Shown here: piece by piece, positions 27,705 to 37,211 of the stretch
Numbering within the stretch: the first letter of the stretch is position 1
Layout of the letters: each line of letters opens with the position of its first letter
Origin: Bdellovibrio sp.
GTDB taxonomy: Bacteria; Bdellovibrionota; Bdellovibrionia; Bdellovibrionales; Bdellovibrionaceae
NCBI GenBank assembly: GCA_046318155.1
Contig: JBKCUU010000047.1
Coordinates: forward strand, 1 to 64,000
Direction: 5' to 3'
DNA length: 64,000 nt
Notes under the pieces: model-generated
The model's database searches: none
What the model was told of the DNA's origin: nothing
What the model saw: the letters and a program-made list of their open reading frames with translations, nothing else
Made by a program: the position numbers and the translations under genes

Positions 27705-29095
27705 TTCGTCCCCAAAGGACCAATCATGGTTTCGGGGCGAACATACTGATCAAACTGCTCGGCAGTGAGGTAACCGAGCTTAACGGCCTCCTCTTTCAAA
27801 GTCGTTCCATTTTTGTGCGCAGTCTTCGCAATCAATGCGGCCTTATCGTATCCAATATGTGGATTGAGCGCTGTCACGAGCATCAGCGAGTTGTCGAGGT
27901 GGCGTTTGATTTGACTGGTGTTGGCTTCAATGCCGACCAAGCAATTATCATGAAATGAGTCTAAAGCATCCGACAACAAACGCACGCTGTTTAAGACATT
28001 AAACACGATGACAGGTTTAAAGACGTTCAGTTCAAAGTGCCCGTTCATACCACCGACACTGACGGCCACATCATTACCGATGACTTGCGCGCAGACCATC
28101 GTCATCGCTTCACTCTGAGTCGGATTGACCTTACCAGGCATGATGGACGAACCCGGCTCGTTCTCGGGCAAGTGGATCTCACCAATGCCGCACCGAGGAC
28201 CGGATCCTAAGAGGCGCAGATCATTGGCAATTTTCATGAGTGACACCGCCAAAGTTTTAAGTGCGCCGCTGACTTCAACAAGCGCGTCGTGCGAGGCCAG
28301 AGCCTCAAATTTGTTTTCGGCCGACACAAACGGAATTCCCGTCTCGGTCGCAATGTTTTTTGCGACTTGCACGGCAAAGTCCGGATGCGTGTTCAAACCC
28401 GTTCCGACGGCGGTTCCGCCGATGGCAAGTTCATGCAAATGCGGTAGCGTGTTTTTCACGCGTACGATTGAATGCTTCATTTGCGTTGCGTAGCCGGAGA
28501 ACTCTTGCCCCAGCGTCAGAGGCGTCGCGTCCATCAGGTGCGTTCGGCCAATTTTAACGATGCTCTTAAACTCACCCTGCTTTTTAACGAGCGCTTTGTG
28601 AAATTGTTCAAGTGCAGGAAGCAAGCGCTCGTGCACTTGCGCGGCAACGGCAATGTGCATCGCGGTCGGAAAGGTATCGTTCGAGCTTTGGCCTTTGTTG
28701 ACGTCGTCATTGGGATGAATGTCTTTGGCTGGAAGCTTCAAGTTCATCAAACTCATCGCGCGGTTCGCGATCACTTCATTGGCGTTCATGTTGGTTTGCG
28801 TGCCCGAACCTGTTTGCCAAACGACCAAAGGAAAGTGTTCATCCAGCTGACCCTTGATCACTTCGTCGGCAGCCCTGACAATCATTTCGGTTTTTTTAGA
28901 ATCGAGCAAACCCAATTTTGAATTGGTCAGCGCCGCGCATTTTTTAAGGACGCCCAAGGCCTTGATCATCTCGCGCGGAAAACAGTCACCGCCAATCTTA
29001 AAATTTTGTGTCGAACGCTGAGTTTGGGCTCCCCAGTACTTATCCGCGGGAACCTGAACATCACCCATCGTGTCTTTTTCAATCCGAAATTCCAT
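27701..29095 (-). CDS. fumC: Class II fumarate hydratase
   Basis: [25 protein letters not shown] signature. Confidence 0.98.
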   Translation of the reverse strand: MEFRIEKDTMGDVQVPADKYWGAQTQRSTQNFKIGGDCFPREMIKALGVLKKCAALTNSKLGLLDSKKTEMIVRAADEVIKGQLDEHFPLVVWQTGSGTQTNMNANEVIANRAMSLMNLKLPAKDIHPNDDVNKGQSSNDTFPTAMHIAVAAQVHERLLPALEQFHKALVKKQGEFKSIVKIGRTHLMDATPLTLGQEFSGYATQMKHSIVRVKNTLPHLHELAIGGTAVGTGLNTHPDFAVQVAKNIATETGIPFVSAENKFEALASHDALVEVSGALKTLAVSLMKIANDLRLLGSGPRCGIGEIHLPENEPGSSIMPGKVNPTQSEAMTMVCAQVIGNDVAVSVGGMNGHFELNVFKPVIVFNVLNSVRLLSDALDSFHDNCLVGIEANTSQIKRHLDNSLMLVTALNPHIGYDKAALIAKTAHKNGTTLKEEAVKLGYLTAEQFDQYVRPETMIGPLGTK

Positions 29096-29134
29096 TTTCT
29101 GTCCTTTTCAAAAAAATCTTTGATCTCAAAAAAA

Positions 29135-29890
29135 CTAAGTCCGATGAACTTGCCCCACATGTGCTTGGTCGGTGGGGTAAATGACGATCTCTTGAATATT
29201 CACGTGCCCAGGGCGCGCCAGGCACCACGAAATCGTCTCGGCAATGTCGTCCGCACTCAAAGGAGTCATGCCTTGGTAGACGGCTTTGGCCTTGAGCTCA
29301 TTGCCAAGTCGAACAACCGAGAACTCGGTCTCGACCATGCCGGGTTCGATGTTCGTCACACGGATATTTTTGCCGGCCAAGTCCATGCGCAAACCTTCAC
29401 TGATCGCACGCACGGCAAACTTGGAGGCACAATAAACGGCGCCGCCAGGATACACCCAGCGTCCCGCCACCGAGCCGACATTCACGATATGTCCCCGCTC
29501 TTGCTTGAGCAAATGCGGCAGCACCCGGCGCGTGACCGTGAGCAGACCTTTAACATTGGTATCGATCATTATGTCCCAGTCATCAATATTGGCGTCTTGA
29601 ACTTTTTCGGTGCCGCGAGCAAGGCCGGCGTTATTCACAAGGACGGTCACTTCACTGAGCCAGTCCTCATGCGTTCGGCAAAAGTCTTCGATCGAGGAGC
29701 GGCTCTGCAAATCAAAAGGCGCGATGCGAATTTGATTGCCATGCCGTTTAAGTTCGTCTTGCAAAGTTTCGAGGCGGTCTTTGCGGCGGCCGCCGATAAT
29801 GAGAGAGTATCCTTCGCTCGCCAAGCGGCGCGCGGTCGCCTCGCCAATTCCGGCCGAAGCCCCTGTGACAAATGCACACTTTTTAAGCAC
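29135..29890 (-). CDS. SDR oxidoreductase (YdfG-like)
   Basis: VTGASAGIG, VNNAG, YCASK, IEPGMVETEFS; GTG start with AAGGA RBS. Confidence 0.92.
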   Translation of the reverse strand: MLKKCAFVTGASAGIGEATARRLASEGYSLIIGGRRKDRLETLQDELKRHGNQIRIAPFDLQSRSSIEDFCRTHEDWLSEVTVLVNNAGLARGTEKVQDANIDDWDIMIDTNVKGLLTVTRRVLPHLLKQERGHIVNVGSVAGRWVYPGGAVYCASKFAVRAISEGLRMDLAGKNIRVTNIEPGMVETEFSVVRLGNELKAKAVYQGMTPLSADDIAETISWCLARPGHVNIQEIVIYPTDQAHVGQVHRT

Positions 29891-30003
29891 TGCGGGATCC
29901 TTTTGGGTGTCTGTAAAAACCAAGGTGAGCGCCCATTCTAGGAGAAAAATCGGCCCTAGAGCAATGCTTGATCTTCTTGGAACTGTCAGGCAAAGCATGA
30001 ATC

Positions 30004-30465
30004 ATGGCAAAACAGTATTGGCTCATGAAGTCAGAACCGGAAACCTATCCGATTTCGCAGCTCCGGAAGGATAAAAAGACCTGGTGGACGGGCGTGCGCA
30101 ATTATCAGGCACGCAATTTTATGATGAAAGACATGAAGCCCGGCGATGAGGTTCTGTTCTACCACTCCAATGCTGAACCCCCCGGAGTGGCGGGCACCGC
30201 GGTTGTTTCAAAAGCGGCCGAGGCCGACCAAACCCAGTTTGACAAAAAGTCCGACGTCTTTGATCCGAAAGCAACAAAAGAGAAACCGACTTGGTTTTGC
30301 GTCGAGATTGAATACGGCGAAACCTTCAAAAATTTTGTCTCGCTCCAAACTTTGAAAAACACCAAGAACTTAGCAGAAATGCAGGTCCTCAAAAAAGGTC
30401 AGCGTTTGTCCATTCAACCCGTGACCAAAGCTGAGTTCGAGCAAGTGAAAAAGCTAGGCACTTAA
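30004..30465 (+). CDS. EVE domain protein
   Basis: YWLMKSEP, W.GVRNYQARN, FYHS, RLSIQPV. Confidence 0.95.
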   Translation: MAKQYWLMKSEPETYPISQLRKDKKTWWTGVRNYQARNFMMKDMKPGDEVLFYHSNAEPPGVAGTAVVSKAAEADQTQFDKKSDVFDPKATKEKPTWFCVEIEYGETFKNFVSLQTLKNTKNLAEMQVLKKGQRLSIQPVTKAEFEQVKKLGT

Positions 30466-30467
30466 CT

Positions 30468-31493
30468 TTGTCTTCAAGACCCCAGGCTCCCCTCCAGCCC
30501 AAGTTGTTTCTCGCGCCGATGGAAGGCGTGATGGATCACTTCATGCGTGATGTGCTCACGCGCTTGGGCGGTATTGATCAAACCGTGTGTGAGTTTATTC
30601 GTATTACCGATCAAACGACGCCGGATGCTGTGTTTTTTCGGGATGCGCCCGAACTTAAAAACCAAAGCCGCACACCTGCGGGCACACCCGTTTTCATTCA
30701 ACTCTTGGGCGGTGATGTTTTGCGCTTAGCTGAACATGCCCGCATCGCTGTGCGCTTGGGCGCCATCGGTGTGGACCTTAACTTTGGCTGCCCAGCGAAG
30801 ACCGTGAACCGGCACGATGGCGGCGCCACTCTGCTTTTGTATCCTGAACGGATGCAAAAAATTGTGCGCGCGGTTCGTGATGCCGTTCCCGCTCACATCC
30901 CGGTGACGGCAAAAATTCGCTTGGGATTTACCGACCCGTCTGCGTGCATTGAGAGCGCCTCGGCCGTGGCCGCAGGTGGTGCCGACTGGATCACGGTTCA
31001 TTGCCGTACAAAAATGGACATGTACAAGCCGCCGGCTTACTGGAATTGGATTCCCGAAATCAAGAAACACCTTCAGATTCCCGTGATTGCCAATGGGGAC
31101 ATTTTCAATGTTCAAGACTTAAAGGCCTGCGCCGAAGTCACCGGGTGCGATCAGTTTATGATTGGCCGAGGCGCGCTGATCGATCCGTTTATCTTTTGCA
31201 AAATTAAAGGCCTCGACGTTGATTCGTCGTGGAGAGCCGTGGTCCGCTTGGTGCAAGATTTTTTTGTTCGCACGCGGGATGAGGTCTCACCGGCTTTTGC
31301 CCAAGCAAGAACAAAACAATGGCTGCGAGAACTGGCCAAGGGACACCATCCACAAGCCAAACTCCTGTTCGATGAAATCAAAGTTCTTCGTGACCCCGAA
31401 CTTTTGTATTCTCGCTTGCTTATGGCTTTGCCACAGACGAGCGAACTGACGAGCGAAGGGCCGTCACCACGGGTGACCACAACTCCAACGTAA
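30468..31493 (+). CDS. dusC: tRNA-dihydrouridine synthase, DusC-like
   Basis: LAPMEG, DLNFGCPAKTVN, VTAKIRLG, YKPPAYW, ANGDI. Confidence 0.88.
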   Translation: MSSRPQAPLQPKLFLAPMEGVMDHFMRDVLTRLGGIDQTVCEFIRITDQTTPDAVFFRDAPELKNQSRTPAGTPVFIQLLGGDVLRLAEHARIAVRLGAIGVDLNFGCPAKTVNRHDGGATLLLYPERMQKIVRAVRDAVPAHIPVTAKIRLGFTDPSACIESASAVAAGGADWITVHCRTKMDMYKPPAYWNWIPEIKKHLQIPVIANGDIFNVQDLKACAEVTGCDQFMIGRGALIDPFIFCKIKGLDVDSSWRAVVRLVQDFFVRTRDEVSPAFAQARTKQWLRELAKGHHPQAKLLFDEIKVLRDPELLYSRLLMALPQTSELTSEGPSPRVTTTPT

Positions 31494-32085
31494 ATCCAGA
31501 GTCCTGGGCGATCCAAGCCATCGTCTGGCTCGACGGAAAGAGAATGTGCGTATTGTCACGCGCGTACCACCAGTTTTCAAAATCCGCGGGCCTCAGCTCT
31601 GTGCGAATGACCAGCCGGCCACCCGCTCGCAGTTGCTGCTTGATTTTTTCAAGCTCCGTGCGCGGTTCACGCAGGTGCTCAAAAACCTCGTGCAAGAGAA
31701 TCAGATCAAAATCACCGGTGGGCCGCAGAGGCTGAAAGTACGGGTCAAAGAGTGAAACCTCATAGCCGGCTTCGGTCAAAAGCTGGGCCATCGAAGGCTC
31801 GGGGCCCGAGCCATAATCCAAAATTTTTAAGGGAGGCTGAGCGTGCTGAACGAGAAGATCCACAGTTTTCATCAGGAACTCGCGAAAGCCCCGTTGGCCC
31901 AAGTCATTGTGATGGGTCTCGTAACGCGCGCGTTCGTTCTCGGGAGTGATTTGATCTTGGGAAGGAACAAAAAAGAGATCACAATCGGGACATTGAAAAA
32001 AGCGGCGCTCTTTCCAAGCCCGGTGCTTCCTAAGCCCAAAAGGTCCCGGCCCCCGACACAAGGGGCACACAGACGATAGATTCAA
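31420..32085 (-). CDS. Class I SAM-dependent methyltransferase with N-terminal zinc ribbon (start uncertain)
   Basis: CPLC..CPDC, ERARYETHHN, LDYGSGP, EVFEH, WWYARDNTH. Confidence 0.85.
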   Translation of the reverse strand: MNLSSVCPLCRGPGPFGLRKHRAWKERRFFQCPDCDLFFVPSQDQITPENERARYETHHNDLGQRGFREFLMKTVDLLVQHAQPPLKILDYGSGPEPSMAQLLTEAGYEVSLFDPYFQPLRPTGDFDLILLHEVFEHLREPRTELEKIKQQLRAGGRLVIRTELRPADFENWWYARDNTHILFPSSQTMAWIAQDSGFTLELWSPVVTALRSSVRSSVAKP

Positions 32086-32164
32086 AGTTTCTGGTACAGA
32101 AGAAGATGAAATTACCACGTAGACGCCCCTTTCTTCAGCTGTTACAAACTGGACAGATAAAGTT

Positions 32165-32210
32165 TGCCGCACCAAAGGTGCGCGTTTTACTGCCGCACCA
32201 AAGGTGCGGC
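32165..32210. repeat. Two tandem 18-bp copies TGCCGCACCAAAGGTGCG, each a hairpin
   Basis: Copies at 32165-32182 and 32191-32208. Confidence 0.85.
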
Positions 32211-32221
32211 CGGGAGGCCTC

Positions 32222-32476
32222 ATGGCTCATGTGAAAATGTACACCAAAGATCCTTGTCCCTACTGCGTTCGCGCCAAAGCCTTTTTAAATGAGAAGGGCG
32301 TGCAAGTCGAGGAAATCGATCTGACCGACGACTTTGAAACCCTAAACCGCCTCAAAAACGAAACGGGCTGGCGGACGGTCCCCATGATTTTCATCGGCGA
32401 AAAACTCGTCGGCGGCTACAGCGACCTCAAGGCTCTCGATGACGAAGGCAAACTCGACGACCTACTCAAGGCGTAA
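32222..32476 (+). CDS. grxC: Glutaredoxin 3
   Basis: CPYC, RTVP.IFIG, GGYSDL; GGAGG RBS. Confidence 0.92.
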   Translation: MAHVKMYTKDPCPYCVRAKAFLNEKGVQVEEIDLTDDFETLNRLKNETGWRTVPMIFIGEKLVGGYSDLKALDDEGKLDDLLKA

Positions 32477-33482
32477 ACTTGGTTGGCCTCAGGCGGTCGC
32501 GTACGAGTGAGATCAAAATTGACCCCCCGATCAAGAGAGCAATGATTGCCAGTGACCAGCTAATGGGGAACTTGCCGCCGAACACATCGTTTAAGTAGAC
32601 CATCTTCAGACCAACAAAAATAAGCACACAGGCCAGACCGTACTTAATGAAGGCAAAGCGGTCCATCACGCCTGCGAGCATAAAGTACATCGAGCGCAGA
32701 CCCAGGATCGCAAAAATATTAGACGTGAACACAATCAAAGGTTCTTTGGTCAATGCAAAAATCGCAGGAACTGAGTCCACCGCAAAAATGATGTCACTCA
32801 GCTCTAAAAAAACCAGAGCCAGAAAAAGAGGCGTGACGTAAGTCAGGCCATTGATTTTGATAAAGAAATTTTGACCCTCAATTTTGGGATGAACTCGCAA
32901 AACCTTCTTTAAGCCCCGTACGATAATATTGGTGTCTAAGCTCTTTTGCTCGGTCCCTGCAAAAAACATTTTGATTCCAGTCAGAATCAGCAAGCCGCCA
33001 AAAAATAAGACGATCCATTTGTACTCCATCAACACAGAACCCATCGCAATAAAGACCGCGCGGAAAAAAAGCGCGCCAAGAATTCCCCAGAATAAAACTC
33101 GATGCTGATAGATTTTTGGAATGCCGAAATAGGCAAAGACGACCGCAAAGACAAAAATATTGTCGACGGCCAACGACTTTTCGACAACGAAACCTGTTAA
33201 GAACTCAAGCGCCGTCGTCTTCGCCTGCCCATCAGGATCGAAATTGGGAATTTGCAGATAGCGTGGGTCGGTCGAAAAGCGAAACTGGGCGTAAAGATAG
33301 AACAGGTAATTGAACACCAAGGCCATGGCGATCCAAAGCGAGGTCCAAACTGAAGCCTCCTTAAAACTCACTTCGTGAGCTTCTTTGTGAAAGACGCCGA
33401 GATCAAGCGCAAGGACGATAAGAACGAAAACGGTAAACCCGAGGTAGAACCACCAATAGTCAGCAAACGGAAATAGGATCAT
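32466..33482 (-). CDS. TerC/Alx family membrane protein
   Basis: EKSLAVDNIFVF, YQHRVLFWGILGAL, DIIFAVDSVPAIF, SNIFAILGLR. Confidence 0.95.
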   Translation of the reverse strand: MILFPFADYWWFYLGFTVFVLIVLALDLGVFHKEAHEVSFKEASVWTSLWIAMALVFNYLFYLYAQFRFSTDPRYLQIPNFDPDGQAKTTALEFLTGFVVEKSLAVDNIFVFAVVFAYFGIPKIYQHRVLFWGILGALFFRAVFIAMGSVLMEYKWIVLFFGGLLILTGIKMFFAGTEQKSLDTNIIVRGLKKVLRVHPKIEGQNFFIKINGLTYVTPLFLALVFLELSDIIFAVDSVPAIFALTKEPLIVFTSNIFAILGLRSMYFMLAGVMDRFAFIKYGLACVLIFVGLKMVYLNDVFGGKFPISWSLAIIALLIGGSILISLVRDRLRPTKFTP

Positions 33483-33556
33483 GTTGAGAGATCTCCTTTA
33501 CATGAAAGATAGCCCACCTTATGATAGCTTTCAAATCGATAATTTATTAGGCTTCT

Positions 33557-33571
33557 ATCGTAAAATACGAT
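33557..33571. promoter_or_regulatory. LysR-type T-N11-A palindromic operator between terC and the divergent LysR gene
   Basis: ATCG-TAAAATA-CGAT. Confidence 0.6.
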
Positions 33572-33590
33572 GCATCAAAGCGAGGCTCGC

Positions 33591-34475
33591 ATGAATATTT
33601 GGATCAACTATCATCACCTTTTTTATTTCAAAACGATCGCCGAAGAAGGAAGTGTCTCGAAAGCCGCCCAAAAATTGAACCTTGGCCAGCCCACGCTTTC
33701 AGCTCAGCTCAAGCAATTTGAAGAAACCATTGGCGTTCAACTTTTTGATCGACAACACAAAAAACTAATTCTGACCGAGCAAGGAAAAATCGCGCTGGAT
33801 TACGCCAAGACGATTTTTCGAATGGGGTCTGAGATGTTTGAGGTTCTGCACGACAGACTTAGACCCTTGAGACCGTCTTTTCACCTCGGTGCCCTTGATA
33901 GCATCCCTAAACAAATCATTCTGCAAATTGTGAAACATGCCTTTAAAATTTCGGATTGCCAGGTGACGCTCTCGGAGGGGCGCCCAGACGAACTGCTTCG
34001 AGCGCTCGGAGCGCACCAGGTCGATCTCATTCTTTCGAACTTTATTCCAGCAGGAGTTTCAGCGAAAGGGCTTTTTCCCAAGACCATTAGTACAAAACCC
34101 GTTTCCTTTTACGGGGCTCCTAGCTTTAAGGTCTATCGAAAAGGCTTTCCACAGTCGTTGTCTGGCTTACCTTTGATTCTTCCGACTTATGATAGCAAGC
34201 TCAGGCAGGATATCGAGCACTGGGGCAAGCTCCATAAAATGGAACTCAACATCATCGTCGAGAGCCAAGACATTGCGATTAAGAAAATGATGGCGATGAG
34301 TGGACTTGGGGTCATCGCAGCTGCAAGCCACACCGTCACCGGCCAGGTCCTGCGCGGCGAGCTCAATGAGATTGGACCTTTGGCTGGCGTCTCCGAGAAC
34401 CTCTACCTCATCAGCGCCCAGAGAAAAATCGAGAACCCGATCGCAGGGAAGCTGATGCAGAGTTTTGTCGTTTAG
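33591..34475 (+). CDS. LysR family regulator (NhaR-like)
   Basis: INYHHLFYFKTIAEEGSVSKAA..L...QPTLSAQLK. Confidence 0.92.
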   Translation: MNIWINYHHLFYFKTIAEEGSVSKAAQKLNLGQPTLSAQLKQFEETIGVQLFDRQHKKLILTEQGKIALDYAKTIFRMGSEMFEVLHDRLRPLRPSFHLGALDSIPKQIILQIVKHAFKISDCQVTLSEGRPDELLRALGAHQVDLILSNFIPAGVSAKGLFPKTISTKPVSFYGAPSFKVYRKGFPQSLSGLPLILPTYDSKLRQDIEHWGKLHKMELNIIVESQDIAIKKMMAMSGLGVIAAASHTVTGQVLRGELNEIGPLAGVSENLYLISAQRKIENPIAGKLMQSFVV

Positions 34476-34682
34476 CTTTAAAAGATGAGATGCATTTGTG
34501 CATATCAAGCATGCATTTATCGTTGTTTACAAGACGGATTTTTCTGACGAAGCTCAATCAAGCAAGTTCGCGACAGGAGGTGTCTTCTTTATGTTGTTTT
34601 GAACACCTATTCAAATAAACTAAACAATCCAATTCGTGCTTGGATCTGCCGCTATTTCTTCAACCAAAACCTTTAAGGGAAA

Positions 34683-35246
34683 ATGTCTATGAAATATTTT
34701 TTGTGCCTCCTTGTTCTGATAGGCTCAACGGCGCAAGCCGAGAGCTTAAGTCTTGCCGACTCAGGAATCAAAGTGAACGTTCTTTGGCCAATTTATCCGG
34801 GCAATAGGTACCGAGTAGCGTGGCGCTACGCTCTCCACTCTGGTGACTCATACCGGACGGAGCTTAACTTAGGTCTCGGGTATACGGGAGAGGAAGATAG
34901 AAAAACAGAAGGGAAATTTTCTGAGGTTCATGCCATTTTGGGAGTTCGTCAATACTTTGGCTCGGCCTTCCATGGCGAATTAAACGTCAATCCCGGTCAA
35001 TCTCAACTAAAAGATCATGTCACGAAAAAGAAAGACTATACGAGCACAGATCTCGAGGTTCAGGCCTTTCTTGGATATGAATGGAGGCTCAGCAAGAGCT
35101 TTACTCTTGATTTACAAGCGGGCGCGGTACAAGTGGTTTCTAAAACCAATTATTGGCCCGTGTATGAAGACGATGACCTCGCCAAGGAACTTGATGGAGA
35201 ACCCATTGTTCCTGTGGGTCTAGTCAATGTAACCTATTGGTTCTAG
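34683..35246 (+). CDS. Putative outer-membrane beta-barrel protein
   Basis: Signal peptide, alternating beta pattern, C-terminal YWF. Confidence 0.65.
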   Translation: MSMKYFLCLLVLIGSTAQAESLSLADSGIKVNVLWPIYPGNRYRVAWRYALHSGDSYRTELNLGLGYTGEEDRKTEGKFSEVHAILGVRQYFGSAFHGELNVNPGQSQLKDHVTKKKDYTSTDLEVQAFLGYEWRLSKSFTLDLQAGAVQVVSKTNYWPVYEDDDLAKELDGEPIVPVGLVNVTYWF

Positions 35247-35325
35247 AAGACGACAGGTCATGGATATGAGATGAGAGAAGGGGACAAGAAAATAAAGCTC
35301 TTTTAACCTTCTTTCTTCTCGATGG

Positions 35326-36180
35326 TTATGTTTTGAACACACTCTTCACCCAGCCCCAGGCGGCATCGACATGGGGAAGTCTCCTCACAGCTTTAGGTGA
35401 GGCCATGTAAAGCTCGGCAGGCAGATTTGGCCAGCTATCCACTTCGATCAAGTTTAAAGTTCTCAAATGTAAACCAAAGACTTCTGGGAGGAGGAGGACC
35501 CCCGCACCCCTTTCTGCAGCAATCAGATTTGAGGCAAGTCGATTTGAAATCAGGCGAATTTGAATCGAATCAAACTGTGGAGACATTTTTTTTAAGAGCG
35601 AAACCTCGTTTTGCATGCACAGGATGGGGAGACTTGTCAGCTGAACCTTGCCGGAGTCTGAGGTGAAGATCTTGTGTCCGAAAAATTTGAGGGGTGAATA
35701 TGTCAGCCGTAAGTTAAATGTCTCCCCCCTCGCCGGTTTATCGACCAGTATCGCGATATCACATTCAAGCCTGTTAAGATCGAAATCTTTGTTTGTGGTG
35801 CTCAAGCGAATTCGAACCATCGGGTATTTATTTAAAAAATCGGGAACATGAGGCGCCAACATTCGATCTGCAATTGCGCTAGTGCAAGAAATATGCACTT
35901 CACCCGAAGGCACTCGATTTTCTGTACTTTCGAAGTTTCGTACACGTGAAACCAGAAGTTCAATTTTTTCTGCTGTCTCCAGCAATTCTTTGACCAATTG
36001 AGTGGGTTCAAGCCCCGAGCGATGGCGAGAGAATAGATTTTTGCCAACTTTAGCCTCGAGAGCTTGCAGTTGCCGAGAGATGGTCGACTGGTCGATTCCC
36101 ATTTTTTTTGCCGCTGAGGAAATCGTTTGAGCTCTTGTTAGCTCCAGAAGAAAAACGAGATCATCAGCTGTGAAGCGCAT
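35326..36180 (-). CDS. LysR family regulator
   Basis: ISSAAKKMGIDQSTISRQLQALE HTH; substrate-binding domain. Confidence 0.9.
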   Translation of the reverse strand: MRFTADDLVFLLELTRAQTISSAAKKMGIDQSTISRQLQALEAKVGKNLFSRHRSGLEPTQLVKELLETAEKIELLVSRVRNFESTENRVPSGEVHISCTSAIADRMLAPHVPDFLNKYPMVRIRLSTTNKDFDLNRLECDIAILVDKPARGETFNLRLTYSPLKFFGHKIFTSDSGKVQLTSLPILCMQNEVSLLKKMSPQFDSIQIRLISNRLASNLIAAERGAGVLLLPEVFGLHLRTLNLIEVDSWPNLPAELYMASPKAVRRLPHVDAAWGWVKSVFKT

Positions 36181-36319
36181 TGACGAGTCTCAAATTTTTA
36201 TGTTTCTCAGGGCTTTGACAAGCAGGCATTTGTACATATTTACCATGCATTTATGTGTGTTTACAAGGTGGATTGTTCTGCCGAAAATCAATCAAGGTCA
36301 CAACGGGAGGGTTTGCTTA

Positions 36320-36934
36320 ATGTCAGGTTTTTTAAAACATATTCTATTTTTCATTCTTTTTGTCAGTTTTGGTTCCAAGAGCATGGCAGGCCAGCTCACC
36401 TTGGGAGCGGATTTGATTCAGCCATTTGTGCTTGGTGGCTGGAACCTCAATGGGTACTACTACTTTGATAATGGCTTGGTTTTTGGCTGGTCGCATGGGG
36501 ATAATCTCGAAATGTCTTTTGAGGATTCTTTTGCACCTGATCCTATTAAGGATGCTAAGGCTTCAGTATTCACAGACTGGTCCACCGGACCTGAGCTCGG
36601 ATACAGGCTGGGGAAGAACTGGGATGTGAGAATGGACTTCAAAGCACATTACAATCGAGTTAAATTTGATTCGAACCCAGCACCGATCAGGTACACCCTG
36701 TACACCGTTGGGCCAAGTGTATTTTATAATTGGTTTCCTTTTTCAGCCGATACTAACGGTTTTCTTGTTCAGTTCTCTGCCCGTTATTGGGTTGAAGTTG
36801 ATGATGACTTCAATGACGATAATTTCACTTACATCGACAAAAACGGAAACACCAAAAAGCATGATCCGAGGGATTTCTGGGATGGTGGGATCAGTGGTTT
36901 TGGTTTAAACGTCGCATTTGGCTGGGCATTTTAA
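36320..36934 (+). CDS. Putative outer-membrane beta-barrel protein
   Basis: Signal peptide, beta pattern, C-terminal GWAF; GGAGG RBS. Confidence 0.65.
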   Translation: MSGFLKHILFFILFVSFGSKSMAGQLTLGADLIQPFVLGGWNLNGYYYFDNGLVFGWSHGDNLEMSFEDSFAPDPIKDAKASVFTDWSTGPELGYRLGKNWDVRMDFKAHYNRVKFDSNPAPIRYTLYTVGPSVFYNWFPFSADTNGFLVQFSARYWVEVDDDFNDDNFTYIDKNGNTKKHDPRDFWDGGISGFGLNVAFGWAF

Positions 36935-36981
36935 TCACATGAACAAAAGCAATCAAATCTGCTTTTCCGGCACTTCGGCGC

Positions 36982-37123
36982 CCTCCGCGGCGAGCTCAAG
37001 GAGATTGGACCTTTGGCGCGGGCGTCTCCGAAAACCTCTACCTCATCAGCGCCCCGAGAAGAATTGAGAACCAGATCGCAGTAAAGCTCATGCAGAGTTT
37101 TGTTGTATAGCTTTAAACGATGA
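36982..37123 (+). pseudogene. Degenerate duplicate of the 3' end of LysR 33591-34475 (direct repeat of 34349-34488)
   Basis: About 140 bp aligning with roughly 14 substitutions and a 2-nt insertion (counted by eye). Confidence 0.9.
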
Positions 37124-37211
37124 TGTGCATATTTCTTATGCATTTTAACATTCCTATAAAATCACCGATCCTTTAAGTAAGCGCAGGATGCGCAAACTCA
37201 AAGGAGATCAC

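Noticed and set aside
29006..29941. 311-aa + strand ORF
   Set aside because: Antisense to the SDR gene, a common shadow frame
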